From: Chlamydiota bacterium
GTDB lineage: Bacteria; Chlamydiota; Chlamydiia; Chlamydiales; JAAKFR01
Direction: 5' to 3'
NCBI GenBank assembly: GCA_021772455.1
Contig: JAJFLY010000019.1
Coordinates: 49,578-113,577 of the forward strand
Length of the DNA stretch: 64,000 bases
The notes beneath the pieces are model-generated. The model searched no databases and had not been told where the DNA came from. It saw only the letters and a list, made by a program, of their open reading frames with translations. The position numbers were made by a program, and so were the translations under genes. This document shows positions 8,164 through 17,706 of the stretch, one piece after another. Every line of letters starts with the position of its first letter. Position 1 is the first letter of the stretch.

Positions 8164-10341
8164 ATGAAACTACGTACAAAGCTCCTTCTTGGTGTCGGTC
8201 TGCTTCTCTTTGCGATGGTAATCGTGATGTATATCTTGCCGACATTATTTGTGCGCAAAGATGTGTATGAAGCTGCCGATGAGATTCATACTCTCCTCGT
8301 TCAGGAACGGCAAAAGCTTACACTTAGCCAAAAAATTTGGCTTGATAACGAGTTGCTGCACACCGTACAAAACATCAACTCGATGCTCTTCATGCTCTAT
8401 GAAGAGCCAGCTTTGTCAAAAACACTTGCTTTCACAAAAGATAATTCTATTCAGAATGTGTGGGAGGGAGTGGCACGTGTTGCCGGATACGATCCCGCAA
8501 TTGGATTTATCCAAGCACACTCTTCGGAAGCGGACCAAACGGTCGTTGTAGCGCCTTATCTAGCTGATTGGCATCCTATTGAAAAGATCCGCGATCACAA
8601 TGGTATGGTTTTCATTGGGATGCGGGGCAAGCAACCTATTTATGTTGGAGTTCCCCTGCCCAAAGAGCTGCAAAGTGAGTCTGGTTATACTCTCTATGCC
8701 CTCATCGAAGCTCAAAAAGTTGCTGAGGAAAAACAGGAGTTATTAAAAGCTCTTGCCGAGGTAAATGCAGAATTTTCCTCGATTGAGGAGGATTCTTCTT
8801 CGTACCTTTGGGCGCTCAAAATGGATATGATTCGTACGGTGACTCCCTTAATTCTCGAGGGTTTTCTCATTGAGCATTCGGAGAAGAAATTTTTTCCAGA
8901 AGGGATTGGCCGTCTCAATACGAGCGGAAGCGGTATGGCCTTGCTGACCGATGAGATCTTTCAAACAAAGCCGTTGTTTGAAGACAAACACTACTATGAA
9001 ACACACCCCCCAAAACCAGGGGAACCTCCTATAGCGCAAGGCTCGGTTTTCGTAACAAAACCAGATGGGAATCATGCGTTTATCGGGAACACTTTGTTGG
9101 TCGAAAATACTTTTTTGACAATGGGTGTTCCATTTCACCGAATAGTCAAGCAGCTTGCCCTATCGGCAAACCATACCTTTTTGTTAAGTATCTCTGGGAA
9201 GTATTGGTTTGGTTACGAAGGTGATGGGAGCAAGGTTCCTGCGACTAAAATCGATGAAATTATCAAAAGCAGTACCTTTGATCAAGATCAAGGGATTTTC
9301 CATCTAGGTGATGAGCCTTATTCTTATTCGAAAATTAGTTCGCTCGATGAGGGAGGTATTGTCTTTTATGAAATCCACCCTTTGGAAGGAGATACTTCCA
9401 TTATTGCGACCTTATTGACGTTAGAGAATAATCTTTCGAATCGCATTTCTTTACAGCTCTCTTTGATCTCTTTGGGGACGATGATTCTTGTTTTGCTGTT
9501 CATCGGACGCATTGGCTTGACCATCATCTATCCGATCACAAAATTGGCTAAAGCGACCGAAGATGTGGTCGCGGGTAGATATGAGGAGGTCGTCCTTCCC
9601 GAGGTTGGAAAACGCAAAGATGAGGTCGCTATCCTCACACGCGCTTTTGGGGATATGGTCGAAGGGCTAGAAGAGAGAGAGAAGATCCGCGGTGTGTTGG
9701 ATAAAGTGGTTTCTAAAGACATTGCCGACGAGATTTTGCGCACCCAGATCCATTTGGGAGGGGAAGATCGCGTTGTCACGATGCTTTTCAGCGACATTCG
9801 CGGCTTTTCTGAAATGACGGAAAACGCAACACCGCAAAAAACAATTCAAATGCTCAACGGGTGCATGACGAAAATCTCTCAGGTCATTGAAGGGGAAGGG
9901 GGGATCATCGATAAGTATGTCGGTGATGAGGTGATGGCGATTTTTGGCGCCCCGACTATCCATCCAGACCATGCACTAAGAGCGGTTTCATCCGGAATCT
10001 TGATGATCGAAACCTTGAAGCTGTGGAACCAAGAGAGGTTAAAAGAGGGAGAGGTGGTAATCGAAATTGGAATTGGGATCCATTCGGGTCTGGTAGTTGC
10101 AGGGAATATGGGGGCTGAAGATCGATTGAACTACACAGTTTTGGGAGCAAATGTTAATCTGGCTGCGCGTCTTTGTGATGTTGCAATGCCAAACCAGTTA
10201 ATTATTTCCGAAGCGACCCTTTCAGAACCGAATGTGGAGGAATCCTTCTTAGTCAAACCGCTTGATCCCATAAGTTTAAAAGGATTCAAGGAACCGGTTT
10301 CGATATACGAAGTGGTCGGATTCAAATGGGATGAATCTTAA
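8164..10341 (+). CDS. Membrane-bound class III adenylate/guanylate cyclase with large extracytoplasmic sensor domain and HAMP linker
   Basis: 725 aa. An N-terminal TM helix, a loop of about 400 aa and a second TM helix are followed by a HAMP-like segment. The cyclase catalytic motifs are VTMLFSDIRGFSEMTE, DKYVGDEVMAIFGAP and GANVNLAARL. Confidence 0.85.
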   Translation: MKLRTKLLLGVGLLLFAMVIVMYILPTLFVRKDVYEAADEIHTLLVQERQKLTLSQKIWLDNELLHTVQNINSMLFMLYEEPALSKTLAFTKDNSIQNVWEGVARVAGYDPAIGFIQAHSSEADQTVVVAPYLADWHPIEKIRDHNGMVFIGMRGKQPIYVGVPLPKELQSESGYTLYALIEAQKVAEEKQELLKALAEVNAEFSSIEEDSSSYLWALKMDMIRTVTPLILEGFLIEHSEKKFFPEGIGRLNTSGSGMALLTDEIFQTKPLFEDKHYYETHPPKPGEPPIAQGSVFVTKPDGNHAFIGNTLLVENTFLTMGVPFHRIVKQLALSANHTFLLSISGKYWFGYEGDGSKVPATKIDEIIKSSTFDQDQGIFHLGDEPYSYSKISSLDEGGIVFYEIHPLEGDTSIIATLLTLENNLSNRISLQLSLISLGTMILVLLFIGRIGLTIIYPITKLAKATEDVVAGRYEEVVLPEVGKRKDEVAILTRAFGDMVEGLEEREKIRGVLDKVVSKDIADEILRTQIHLGGEDRVVTMLFSDIRGFSEMTENATPQKTIQMLNGCMTKISQVIEGEGGIIDKYVGDEVMAIFGAPTIHPDHALRAVSSGILMIETLKLWNQERLKEGEVVIEIGIGIHSGLVVAGNMGAEDRLNYTVLGANVNLAARLCDVAMPNQLIISEATLSEPNVEESFLVKPLDPISLKGFKEPVSIYEVVGFKWDES

Positions 10342-12086
10342 TGCGATTTCGACAAAAAATACTGATCAGCTTCCTGATCATTTTTCTGCTGTTTACTGTT
10401 TTCATGTATCCGGTTGTGACCCGGTTGATCGAAGCGATTCAAGAGAGGAGCTTACGCAAGCGAACTGTTGCATTAATCGAAAGCTTAGAAAGTGCTCCGA
10501 ATTTTGAGAATTTGATTGAGCAGTTGAAGCAACAGGAAAAATTTCTCTTTTTTAGAGTGAGCCTTATCGACCCAACCGACAACTATCTCTATGACTCCCA
10601 TCGTCAAATAGGCGGGTTTAATAATGAACAGCTGACAACACAGCGTGAGGTGAAACTGGCTCTTGAAAAGGGGGTGGGATACTCTGTCCACTACTCCCCT
10701 TTTTTTGGGCAAGAGATGGCCTATATGGCCGTGCGGTTCGACTATCAGGACAAAAGCTATGTTATGCGGACGGCATCCCCTTATAGTCAAATCTCGGCAC
10801 TGACCCATGATTTGACCCTCACCTTTCTATTCTTAGGAATTGGCGCTCTGCTTTTATTTAGTGTTTTGGCGTGGTTTATCATCCACATTCTCACCCGCCC
10901 TGTCCAGCAGATTATCGAAGCGATCAAGCCCTATCAAAAGGGGGAGGTGGAGCATATTCCCGAAATTAAATTGGGAAATGCAATACGTCCTGGCGACGAA
11001 TTTGGAGAATTGGCCGAAACATTCAATTCTCTCTCCCGTCATATCGACCATCAAATCTCCTCCCTCACCCATGAAAAGAATGAAAAGAGTGCAATTTTGG
11101 AATCCCTTATAGAGGGAGTTATTGCTGTCGATGAAACGATGACAGTTATCTACATGAACCGGATGGCTGAGGTTTTTGTAGGCATTGATGAAAAGCGGCT
11201 TGTCGGAAAGAAATTTTCTGTGGCAAACCAAGAGGCGTGTGAGGGGTTGATCAAAGAGGCACAAAAAAAGGGACACCCTGTAGCCCATGTGATCCAGCCG
11301 GAGCGTAAACAGAAGCGCTATTTTGATGCTGTAGCTGTTCCACGCGGAAAAGGGGGCGCAATTTTGGTTTTGCAGGATAAGACGAGCCTTCACAAGGTCA
11401 TTGAGCGTGGGCGAGACTTTATTGCCAACGCCTCCCATGAGCTAAAAACGCCGATTACCATTATTCGAGGGTTTGCTGAAACCTTGCACGACCACCCTGA
11501 GCTTACGCGCGAGATCTATAAAGAGATCACACATAAAATTGTGAGCAACTGCGGACGGATGGATACACTCGTGAAAAATTTGCTCACGCTTGCAGCTGTT
11601 GATGAAGGATTGCCTCGATCGCGCCTCCAAAAATGCGATCTTTTTGATTTAGCTGACCAGGCTAAACAGACAGTCTTGTCTGTCCACCCTGATGCGAACA
11701 TCGTTATTGAGACGGAGGGGGAGGAGCCCTTTTCCTTGATGGCAGACAGCGATCTTTTTTTTCAGGCGCTCCTCAATCTAATGGATAATGCCGCAAAATA
11801 TTCCAAGCACCCTGCACAGGTGGACGTCAAGATTGAAAAATGTCCCGATGAGTTTCACATACGCGTGTCAGATCACGGTGTGGGGATTCCTGCCGAGGAT
11901 CTAGACCGGATTTTTGAACGTTTTTTCGCGGTAGACAAGAGCCACTCACGCAGTTTGGGGGGATCGGGTCTTGGTCTTTCGATTGTCGAGCGGATTATTG
12001 AGAAGCACCAAGGGAAAATCGAAGTGGAATCGGAGTTTGGAAAGGGGACAACTTTCACCATCACCCTCCCCATCCAAGAGTATTAG
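10341..12086 (+). CDS. Sensor histidine kinase (2 TM, HAMP, PAS-like, HisKA, HATPase_c)
   Basis: 581 aa. The H-box is FIANASHELKTPITIIRGF, the N-box is LLNLMDNAAKYS and the G-boxes are DHGVGIP and GGSGLGLSIV. The ATG overlaps the cyclase TAA by 1 nt. Confidence 0.9.
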   Translation: MRFRQKILISFLIIFLLFTVFMYPVVTRLIEAIQERSLRKRTVALIESLESAPNFENLIEQLKQQEKFLFFRVSLIDPTDNYLYDSHRQIGGFNNEQLTTQREVKLALEKGVGYSVHYSPFFGQEMAYMAVRFDYQDKSYVMRTASPYSQISALTHDLTLTFLFLGIGALLLFSVLAWFIIHILTRPVQQIIEAIKPYQKGEVEHIPEIKLGNAIRPGDEFGELAETFNSLSRHIDHQISSLTHEKNEKSAILESLIEGVIAVDETMTVIYMNRMAEVFVGIDEKRLVGKKFSVANQEACEGLIKEAQKKGHPVAHVIQPERKQKRYFDAVAVPRGKGGAILVLQDKTSLHKVIERGRDFIANASHELKTPITIIRGFAETLHDHPELTREIYKEITHKIVSNCGRMDTLVKNLLTLAAVDEGLPRSRLQKCDLFDLADQAKQTVLSVHPDANIVIETEGEEPFSLMADSDLFFQALLNLMDNAAKYSKHPAQVDVKIEKCPDEFHIRVSDHGVGIPAEDLDRIFERFFAVDKSHSRSLGGSGLGLSIVERIIEKHQGKIEVESEFGKGTTFTITLPIQEY

Positions 12087-12124
12087 GAGGCTGGAGTCTC
12101 TTATTCTTCTTTTGGATTTGATAG

Positions 12125-12162
12125 AGCACTATAACAATAAGTTTAGGTAGCAATTAGGGTCT
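12125..12162. repeat. Solo inverted copy of the 39-bp dispersed repeat
   Basis: agcactataacaataagtttaggtagcaattagggtct matches the reverse complement of the 3466-3504 unit with 2 mismatches. It lies between two convergent gene ends (12086 and 12175). Confidence 0.85.
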
Positions 12163-12174
12163 AAGGAAGGGTTT

Positions 12175-13122
12175 TTAATTGTATTTTTCACGCTGAATGA
12201 AGCCAGTTAGTGGATCTTCAATGAAGAGGATCGTCCCCATTTTTCCCAGGCTATAGTCGAATATTTTATCGTAGGTTTTGAAATCAAGTCCACTATCAAA
12301 CAAGATCTGTCGGAACTCTGCAGCGAGCTCCTTCTTTAGTATCTCGCGCCCTTTGCACTCATCTGCAGTTCTCTCAAGTCTGTGCTCTTCTTGATCGTTA
12401 ATTTCTTCCCAAACTGTTTGGCGCATTTTCAAAATGCTCTCGGTTGTGGGGTGGTGGTTGATCAGAGACTCGATTACAACCGGGTCTGCAAACATTAAGT
12501 TAACTTTCTTATTCTCATGATATTTCACTTTATCAAATGTGATGAAATTCAGAAGAGATGGGCACTCTTCGCTCCCCTTTAACATCGAGTAGAAGATCGC
12601 TTGGAGCTCGGGATCACCTAGATCTAGTTTGCTCATTTCATCGGGGTAAACGAACTCCTTGGTCTCTTCTTTTAGGGCGATTAGGGCGTCTAAGATGCGG
12701 TATTCTGCATTGGGTGAAAAGAAGTATGCATTGCCGTACACGTTGCGCATTAAGCGGGCTGTGGCTTCGTAAAGAGAGGGTGGCACTTGCGTATTGAGAA
12801 GGAGGTAAAAATTTAGGCGAGAGTTGTTTGGAGGGCGCGCACAGTTAAATTCTAGGGACGCTGGGCGAGGAATAGAAGTTGAGGGTTTAGGGGGTGGTTT
12901 TTCTATCTCTTCTTCAACGGCGACATCTTCATTGTCTGATTTGCGGAGGCGGAAATTGTCGTATCCCACATATGCCTTGAGGGTGTCTGAGGTCGCTAAA
13001 TTCTCCTGGTACTGTTTGTGAAGGTGATTGCCGAGACTGTTTTGGGAGAAGCGGACGACCTCGCTTGAGGTGAGGAGGCTCATGAGCATTAAAAATGTGA
13101 GGGTCAGGAGGTAAGGGTTCAT
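12175..13122 (-). CDS. T2SS minor pseudopilin-like protein (GspK-sized, last gene of gsp operon)
   Basis: The start was trimmed to Met46 of the track ORF. That ATG overlaps the upstream stop in an ATGA junction. It has an N-terminal TM helix MNPYLLTLTFLMLMSLL. At 315 aa and in this position it fits GspK. No sequence motif was recognised. Confidence 0.55.
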   Translation of the reverse strand: MNPYLLTLTFLMLMSLLTSSEVVRFSQNSLGNHLHKQYQENLATSDTLKAYVGYDNFRLRKSDNEDVAVEEEIEKPPPKPSTSIPRPASLEFNCARPPNNSRLNFYLLLNTQVPPSLYEATARLMRNVYGNAYFFSPNAEYRILDALIALKEETKEFVYPDEMSKLDLGDPELQAIFYSMLKGSEECPSLLNFITFDKVKYHENKKVNLMFADPVVIESLINHHPTTESILKMRQTVWEEINDQEEHRLERTADECKGREILKKELAAEFRQILFDSGLDFKTYDKIFDYSLGKMGTILFIEDPLTGFIQREKYN

Positions 13123-13748
13123 CCATTTGCCTCGGTATTGACTGGATAGACGATGGGTTGATTGAGGTCGAGATAGATCTCTCGCACATTTATGCCACGC
13201 GTCAGCGTCATATGAACAAAGGCGGGCACCTGCTTGAATGTCCATACACTTTGCCACCCATCTTGTGGACGGGGATTGCCTACCTGATCTGGGTCGACCA
13301 CCTTTTTAAATGGATTGGGTGGTGAATAGAATCGTAATTTGAGCTCGTCAACTTCATCAAGAAGGGTGAGGGACAGGGAGGGCTCTGTAACAGCCTTGCT
13401 ATCCTCGAAATCGGGCCATACGCCTAAGCAAAGTGTGCGTGTTCCTGGGTCGTGGTAGATTTTTCCAACGACCCGATCAGAAAGTTTTGGATCTCTACTA
13501 ACTCCCCGATCGAAGCGGAAAACTAGGGTCGAGGAGTCTCCTAAAACAGGCGATTCTGCGGCTAAGACAATATGGTCGAGGCGTTGCCACAAATAGCGCT
13601 CCTCTAAGTAGGGGTGTTTGAGCTTTTCAATCTTATTTTTTTGCACGGTATGGTGGCGGTACCAGAAAAAAAGGGTACTTAACAAGAGGGTCAGTAAAGA
13701 GAGAGAGATGAGGAGCTCAACGAGCGTGATCGAGTGCTTTCTCGACAT
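13119..13748 (-). CDS. T2SS pseudopilin-like protein (GspJ-sized)
   Basis: 209 aa. The prepilin-type N-terminus is MSRKHSITLVELLISLSLLTLLL, and a GGAGG-like RBS lies upstream. Confidence 0.65.
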   Translation of the reverse strand: MSRKHSITLVELLISLSLLTLLLSTLFFWYRHHTVQKNKIEKLKHPYLEERYLWQRLDHIVLAAESPVLGDSSTLVFRFDRGVSRDPKLSDRVVGKIYHDPGTRTLCLGVWPDFEDSKAVTEPSLSLTLLDEVDELKLRFYSPPNPFKKVVDPDQVGNPRPQDGWQSVWTFKQVPAFVHMTLTRGINVREIYLDLNQPIVYPVNTEANG

Positions 13749-14109
13749 ATATCCTCCGTGTTATTTTCTCTTTTTTGACATGGGCAAGTATGATCATTCC
13801 GCTCTCGCCACTATTCTTTGTTGATTGTTCTGCTTTAGTTAAGGTGTATGTATCATTTTCGACCCCTTTCATAAGCTCTTCCCAACCATGTTTGTGCTCA
13901 TGAAGGTTTCTTTTCAGTTCATACATAGCCATGCGGATTGCCTCCTCTTGCTTGATTGCGTGCACCTCCTTTAGATTTTCACGTGCGATCCCTAAGTGGG
14001 TTTTAACCATAGGGAAAAAACAGAGAATCAGGAGCCCCATGGCAAGCAAAAGCTCAAATAAAAGAAATGATCTCTTCTGGATAGGTCGCTTGCGACTCTT
14101 CCGCAACAT
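13717..14109 (-). CDS. T2SS pseudopilin-like protein (GspI-sized)
   Basis: 130 aa. A basic leader is followed by the prepilin-like N-terminus SFLLFELLLAMGLLIL. Confidence 0.6.
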   Translation of the reverse strand: MLRKSRKRPIQKRSFLLFELLLAMGLLILCFFPMVKTHLGIARENLKEVHAIKQEEAIRMAMYELKRNLHEHKHGWEELMKGVENDTYTLTKAEQSTKNSGESGMIILAHVKKEKITRRIYVEKALDHAR

Positions 14110-14584
14110 GGTCTCCCCTTAATATGTGAGAGGGGAATCCTTTCAAGGTTAGAATTGCCTCTCGATTATGTCCTTTTAATACGAGCCTACCTCTCGGAGT
14201 AGCTCCGAGAGTTCCATCAAAATGGAGATCTACTTCAAGTGCGCCTGAATCTTCAAATGCAACCTCTTCTATCCCTTTGATCAGTTGATTGCGATTCACA
14301 CTGCGTTTTAGCTTATCTGAAAGGGGCTTAGTGGCTTGGATGAAGCAGCGCATCCCTTTTTTCTCATCATCATATGAAAACTTGAGTACGACATCGGTTT
14401 GGTAGTTGAGCATCAACTCCTGTGCGAGCGCGATGCGCGTTTTTACCTGATCGACCCCCTGCTCAAAGGTTTCCTTGCGAAGCGCTTTTGGAAATTGGAA
14501 CGAAATGGCACCAAATGTAAGCCCAATTAGTGCGACAACGAGCAAGATTTCCATGAGGGTGAAGGGGCGCTTAGCCATGCGCAT
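14054..14584 (-). CDS. T2SS pseudopilin-like protein (GspH-sized)
   Basis: 176 aa. The N-terminus is the prepilin-type motif MRMAKRPFTLMEILLVVALIGL. Confidence 0.7.
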   Translation of the reverse strand: MRMAKRPFTLMEILLVVALIGLTFGAISFQFPKALRKETFEQGVDQVKTRIALAQELMLNYQTDVVLKFSYDDEKKGMRCFIQATKPLSDKLKRSVNRNQLIKGIEEVAFEDSGALEVDLHFDGTLGATPRGRLVLKGHNREAILTLKGFPSHILRGDHVAEESQATYPEEIISFI

Positions 14585-14948
14585 CCCTTTGAGTTATCCT
14601 TGAAGATGTTACGATCAAATCATCTTGTAATGAGTCGATTTCAAATGTAAGCTCTTCTCCCCATGCATCTTTTAATAGCAAGTTACCATCTTTTACAAAG
14701 GGACACTTCTCAAGAATGGTCTCTCTTTTGTCTATGATTTCCTGCAGCGTCTTGATTTCACCTTTTGCATATTCCATCATCAAAGCGTCGTAAACACGTG
14801 AGATGTTTTGCTCGGTTTTAAAGATACGTCCTTTATTCATGCTTCCGCGCATGTTTACTGCAAGAGCTCCTCCGATCAGACCGATGAGCATAATCACAAT
14901 CATCATCTCAATCAGGGTAACGGGCCGTTTTTTCTTTCTTCCTTTCAC
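14571..14948 (-). CDS. gspG: Type II secretion major pseudopilin GspG
   Basis: 125 aa. The N-terminus is KKKRPVTLIEMMIVIMLIGLIGGALAV. The start codon is GTG, with an AGGAG sequence 7 nt upstream. Confidence 0.8.
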   Translation of the reverse strand: MKGRKKKRPVTLIEMMIVIMLIGLIGGALAVNMRGSMNKGRIFKTEQNISRVYDALMMEYAKGEIKTLQEIIDKRETILEKCPFVKDGNLLLKDAWGEELTFEIDSLQDDLIVTSSRITQRDAHG

Positions 14949-14959
14949 GATTTTATCTC

Positions 14960-16141
14960 CTATAAAAATGCGCTCACATCCGTTAATGGAAGGAGCACGG
15001 CGATCATTATGAGTCCAACAACTCCCCCCATAAACACCAAAATAACGGGCTGAGCCAATGCTGTGATGCGGGTAAGGCTCTTCTCAATGTCATCCTCATA
15101 CATGTCTGCAATTTTTTGGAGCATCTGCGAGGCGTTGCCTCCCTCCTCTCCGATTGCGAGCATGCGTGGAACGAGTGAGGGGATTAAGGGGGATTTTTTT
15201 AATTCTGTACTGAGCAAACTCCCAGCGATGATATTAGCCTCGGCCTTTTCGATAATTTCTTCAAAAATGGGGCTCTGCATGACCTTGCGAGAAATTTGAA
15301 GGGCTTGAATGAGCGAAACGCCACCCTGAAGCAGCGTGCTCATGGTGCGAGAAAATCTAGCGATGGCTGTCTGGATGATCAAGGTTTTTAATATGGGTAG
15401 GCGTAGCAGCTGTCTTTGTAACCACCGCTTTCCCTTTTCAGAAGTGAGGGAGAAATAGAGAGTGGCAAGCGAGGCTGCTGTGAGAGGAGTGTAGTACATC
15501 CATTTATGTGTTAGGAAGTTGCTGAAAACCATTACGGCCTTTGTAAAGCGGTTTACATCGCGGTCTTCAAAGAGCGCTTCGAGTGAGGGGATGACAAATG
15601 TGAGCATGAGAAATATGACAACCATAGAGAAGCCAAAGAGGAGGGTCGGGTAAATCAAAGCGGTGATAATTTGCTTTTTGAGTTTATTTTGTTTCGCTAG
15701 AAGGGTTGCGAGCTTGTCTAGCGTCACATCGAGGGCTCCGACAGACTCTCCAGCGGCGACCATGCTGCAATATATACGGTTGAAACTATCTGGGAATTTA
15801 TTCAACGCATCAGATAGCGAGGATCCCCCTTTGATCTGTTCGCATAGAGTAAGAAGGACTGAATGGAAGGAATCTTGTCGGTATTGTTCCTCAAGGGAGA
15901 GAAGGCTTTCATAGAGGGGCATTCCAGCTTGGAGGAGCCCCGCGAGCTGGGTTGTGAAGGTGATCAAAGCTTCTTTTTTGAGGCGATTTGAGTTTTTTTT
16001 CTTTGGTGAGGCTTTGTTGAGGGAGATCAGGAGGGTTTTTTGAGAGAGCAGTTTTTCCTTGGCCTCATCAAGGTGTAGCGCGTCTATGAGCCCCCTTTTT
16101 TTCTTTCCTTTACCGTCTATGTAGCGATATTCAAAAAGCAT
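14960..16141 (-). CDS. gspF: Type II secretion inner-membrane platform protein GspF
   Basis: About 393 aa with the duplicated GspF/PilC domain architecture and 3 TM segments. The ATG at 16141 overlaps the gspE TGA by 1 nt. The track start at 16144 is TTG. Confidence 0.85.
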   Translation of the reverse strand: MLFEYRYIDGKGKKKRGLIDALHLDEAKEKLLSQKTLLISLNKASPKKKNSNRLKKEALITFTTQLAGLLQAGMPLYESLLSLEEQYRQDSFHSVLLTLCEQIKGGSSLSDALNKFPDSFNRIYCSMVAAGESVGALDVTLDKLATLLAKQNKLKKQIITALIYPTLLFGFSMVVIFLMLTFVIPSLEALFEDRDVNRFTKAVMVFSNFLTHKWMYYTPLTAASLATLYFSLTSEKGKRWLQRQLLRLPILKTLIIQTAIARFSRTMSTLLQGGVSLIQALQISRKVMQSPIFEEIIEKAEANIIAGSLLSTELKKSPLIPSLVPRMLAIGEEGGNASQMLQKIADMYEDDIEKSLTRITALAQPVILVFMGGVVGLIMIAVLLPLTDVSAFL

Positions 16142-17706
16142 CAATCAAACTTCCTTGAGACGCGTAGCACTTCGGCCACGGTAGTGATCCCAGCGCGCAC
16201 GAGGTGGGCTCCATGCGCCCGTAGGTTTGTCATTTTTTTCTCTGCAGCCCCCTTTCTGATCTCGGAAATATCCGCATTTTTGGCGATGAGTGACTGGAGG
16301 TTAGAATCGATTGTCAGCAACTCATAGATCCCATGACGCCCTTTGTAACCCGAGCCAAAACACTGTGGGCATCCAACCCCGCGGTACAAAAAGCCCCCGT
16401 TGAGTTGATCTGGCGTAAGATTCAATTCTTCAAGTTCAGTTTCAGGAGGGGTATAGCGCTCGCGGCAATTGGGGCAAATGCAGCGAATCAATCTTTGCGC
16501 TACAACGCCAACAACTGTCGAGGAGAGAAGGTAGGGCTCAATTCCCATATCGATGAGGCGTGGGATCGCAGAAGCGGCATCGTTTGTGTGAAGTGTACTA
16601 AACACGAGGTGGCCGGTCAAAGCAGCTTGAATGGCGATCTCGGCTGTTTCAGTGTCTCTGATCTCCCCTATCATCACGACATCAGGATCTTGTCTGAGGA
16701 TATGGCGCAAGCCGGCTGCGAAATTCAATCCAATTTTGGGATGAACGGCTATTTGAGCGATCCCGCGCAGCTTGTATTCAACAGGATCTTCAATGGTCAT
16801 GATGTTTGTCTCTTCGTTGTAGATCTCCCAAAGGGAGCTATAGAGAGTTGTCGTTTTTCCACTTCCCGTTGGGCCGGTCACAAGAACGATTCCTTCAGAG
16901 AGTGAGATGAGCTTACGAAAATCGTCCAGCATCGAAGGGAGCATTCCCAACTGGTCGACGCCTAGTACGACATTTCCTTTGTCGAGAATTCGCAAAACGA
17001 TCCTCTCGCCATGAATTGCCGGTACGGTACTGACACGAAAATCGATCTCGCGCCCACCCATTTTGAGTTTCATCCGCCCATCTTGGGGAAGTCTATGCTC
17101 GGCAATATCGAGCTTTGCCAGAACTTTTATCCGGGTAAGGAGTTGAGATTGGTACTCTCGAGGGGGCGAGTGGCGCGCGCTCAGGACACCATCCACTCTG
17201 TAGCGCACCTTCAAATCGTTTTCGAACGGCTCGAAGTGGATGTCTGAGGCGCCTTGTTGAATCGCTTCACTAAAGATCAAGTTGAGAAGGCGAACGATTG
17301 GTGCCTCGTCTTTGATTTCGAGGAGGTCGTAGACATCGATCTCATCTTTCTTTTTCGCATTGTCACCCTCATCGGAGAGGCCAGCTAGAAACTCGGAGGC
17401 TGCTCCCTCTTGGGTATGGTAACATGCGTTAATGGCAATGAGAAGGATCTCTTCCGGTGTGTAGACCGCTCTAATCTCTTTATCGAGCATAAAGCCCAAT
17501 TCATCAAGAGCATCAAGATTGAGCGGATCGGCCGAAGCTGCTATTACCCACTCATCGGTCTCTTCGATTGGAAGAATGCGGTTATTGCGCACAAAAGAGT
17601 AAGGAACTCTCTCGGGCAAGTCTTTGGGAAGATTTTCTAAATCAAGGGTTTCCCTTATTTCAATTCCAAGTGTGCCTGCGAGTTGTAATGGCGATTCAGC
17701 GGCCAT
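16141..17706 (-). CDS. gspE: Type II secretion ATPase GspE
   Basis: It has Walker A GPTGSGKTT, an Asp box, Walker B, a His box and the tetracysteine motif CPNC...CPQC. The start is ambiguous. The options are ATG 17706 (11-nt overlap with gspD), ATG 17751 or TTG 17766. Confidence 0.85.
   Translation of the reverse strand: MAAESPLQLAGTLGIEIRETLDLENLPKDLPERVPYSFVRNNRILPIEETDEWVIAASADPLNLDALDELGFMLDKEIRAVYTPEEILLIAINACYHTQEGAASEFLAGLSDEGDNAKKKDEIDVYDLLEIKDEAPIVRLLNLIFSEAIQQGASDIHFEPFENDLKVRYRVDGVLSARHSPPREYQSQLLTRIKVLAKLDIAEHRLPQDGRMKLKMGGREIDFRVSTVPAIHGERIVLRILDKGNVVLGVDQLGMLPSMLDDFRKLISLSEGIVLVTGPTGSGKTTTLYSSLWEIYNEETNIMTIEDPVEYKLRGIAQIAVHPKIGLNFAAGLRHILRQDPDVVMIGEIRDTETAEIAIQAALTGHLVFSTLHTNDAASAIPRLIDMGIEPYLLSSTVVGVVAQRLIRCICPNCRERYTPPETELEELNLTPDQLNGGFLYRGVGCPQCFGSGYKGRHGIYELLTIDSNLQSLIAKNADISEIRKGAAEKKMTNLRAHGAHLVRAGITTVAEVLRVSRKFD

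Noticed and set aside
8164-10341. The cyclase and the patatin phospholipase as a CBASS-like anti-phage signalling system.
   Set aside because: The cyclase is a membrane class III adenylate/guanylate cyclase (FSDIRGFS and GDEVMAIFG motifs), not a CD-NTase. It lies 17 kb from the patatin gene with two secretion operons between them. The patatin protein is a 1,820-aa ankyrin-containing protein, unlike CapV-type effectors.
10854-11438. A 194-aa minus-strand ORF inside the histidine kinase gene. Similar long antisense ORFs occur at 16333..16905, 19205..19741, 34358..34945 and 35257..35781.
   Set aside because: Each is fully nested opposite a gene with unambiguous conserved motifs (HisKA, GspE, GspD, LipA, LpdA). 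None has a recognisable motif or RBS. They are treated as chance open frames.
13123-13257. N-terminal extension of ORF 12175..13257.
   Set aside because: The extension overlaps the upstream pseudopilin gene by 139 nt. The Met at 13122 forms an ATGA junction with that gene's stop and begins directly with the TM helix.
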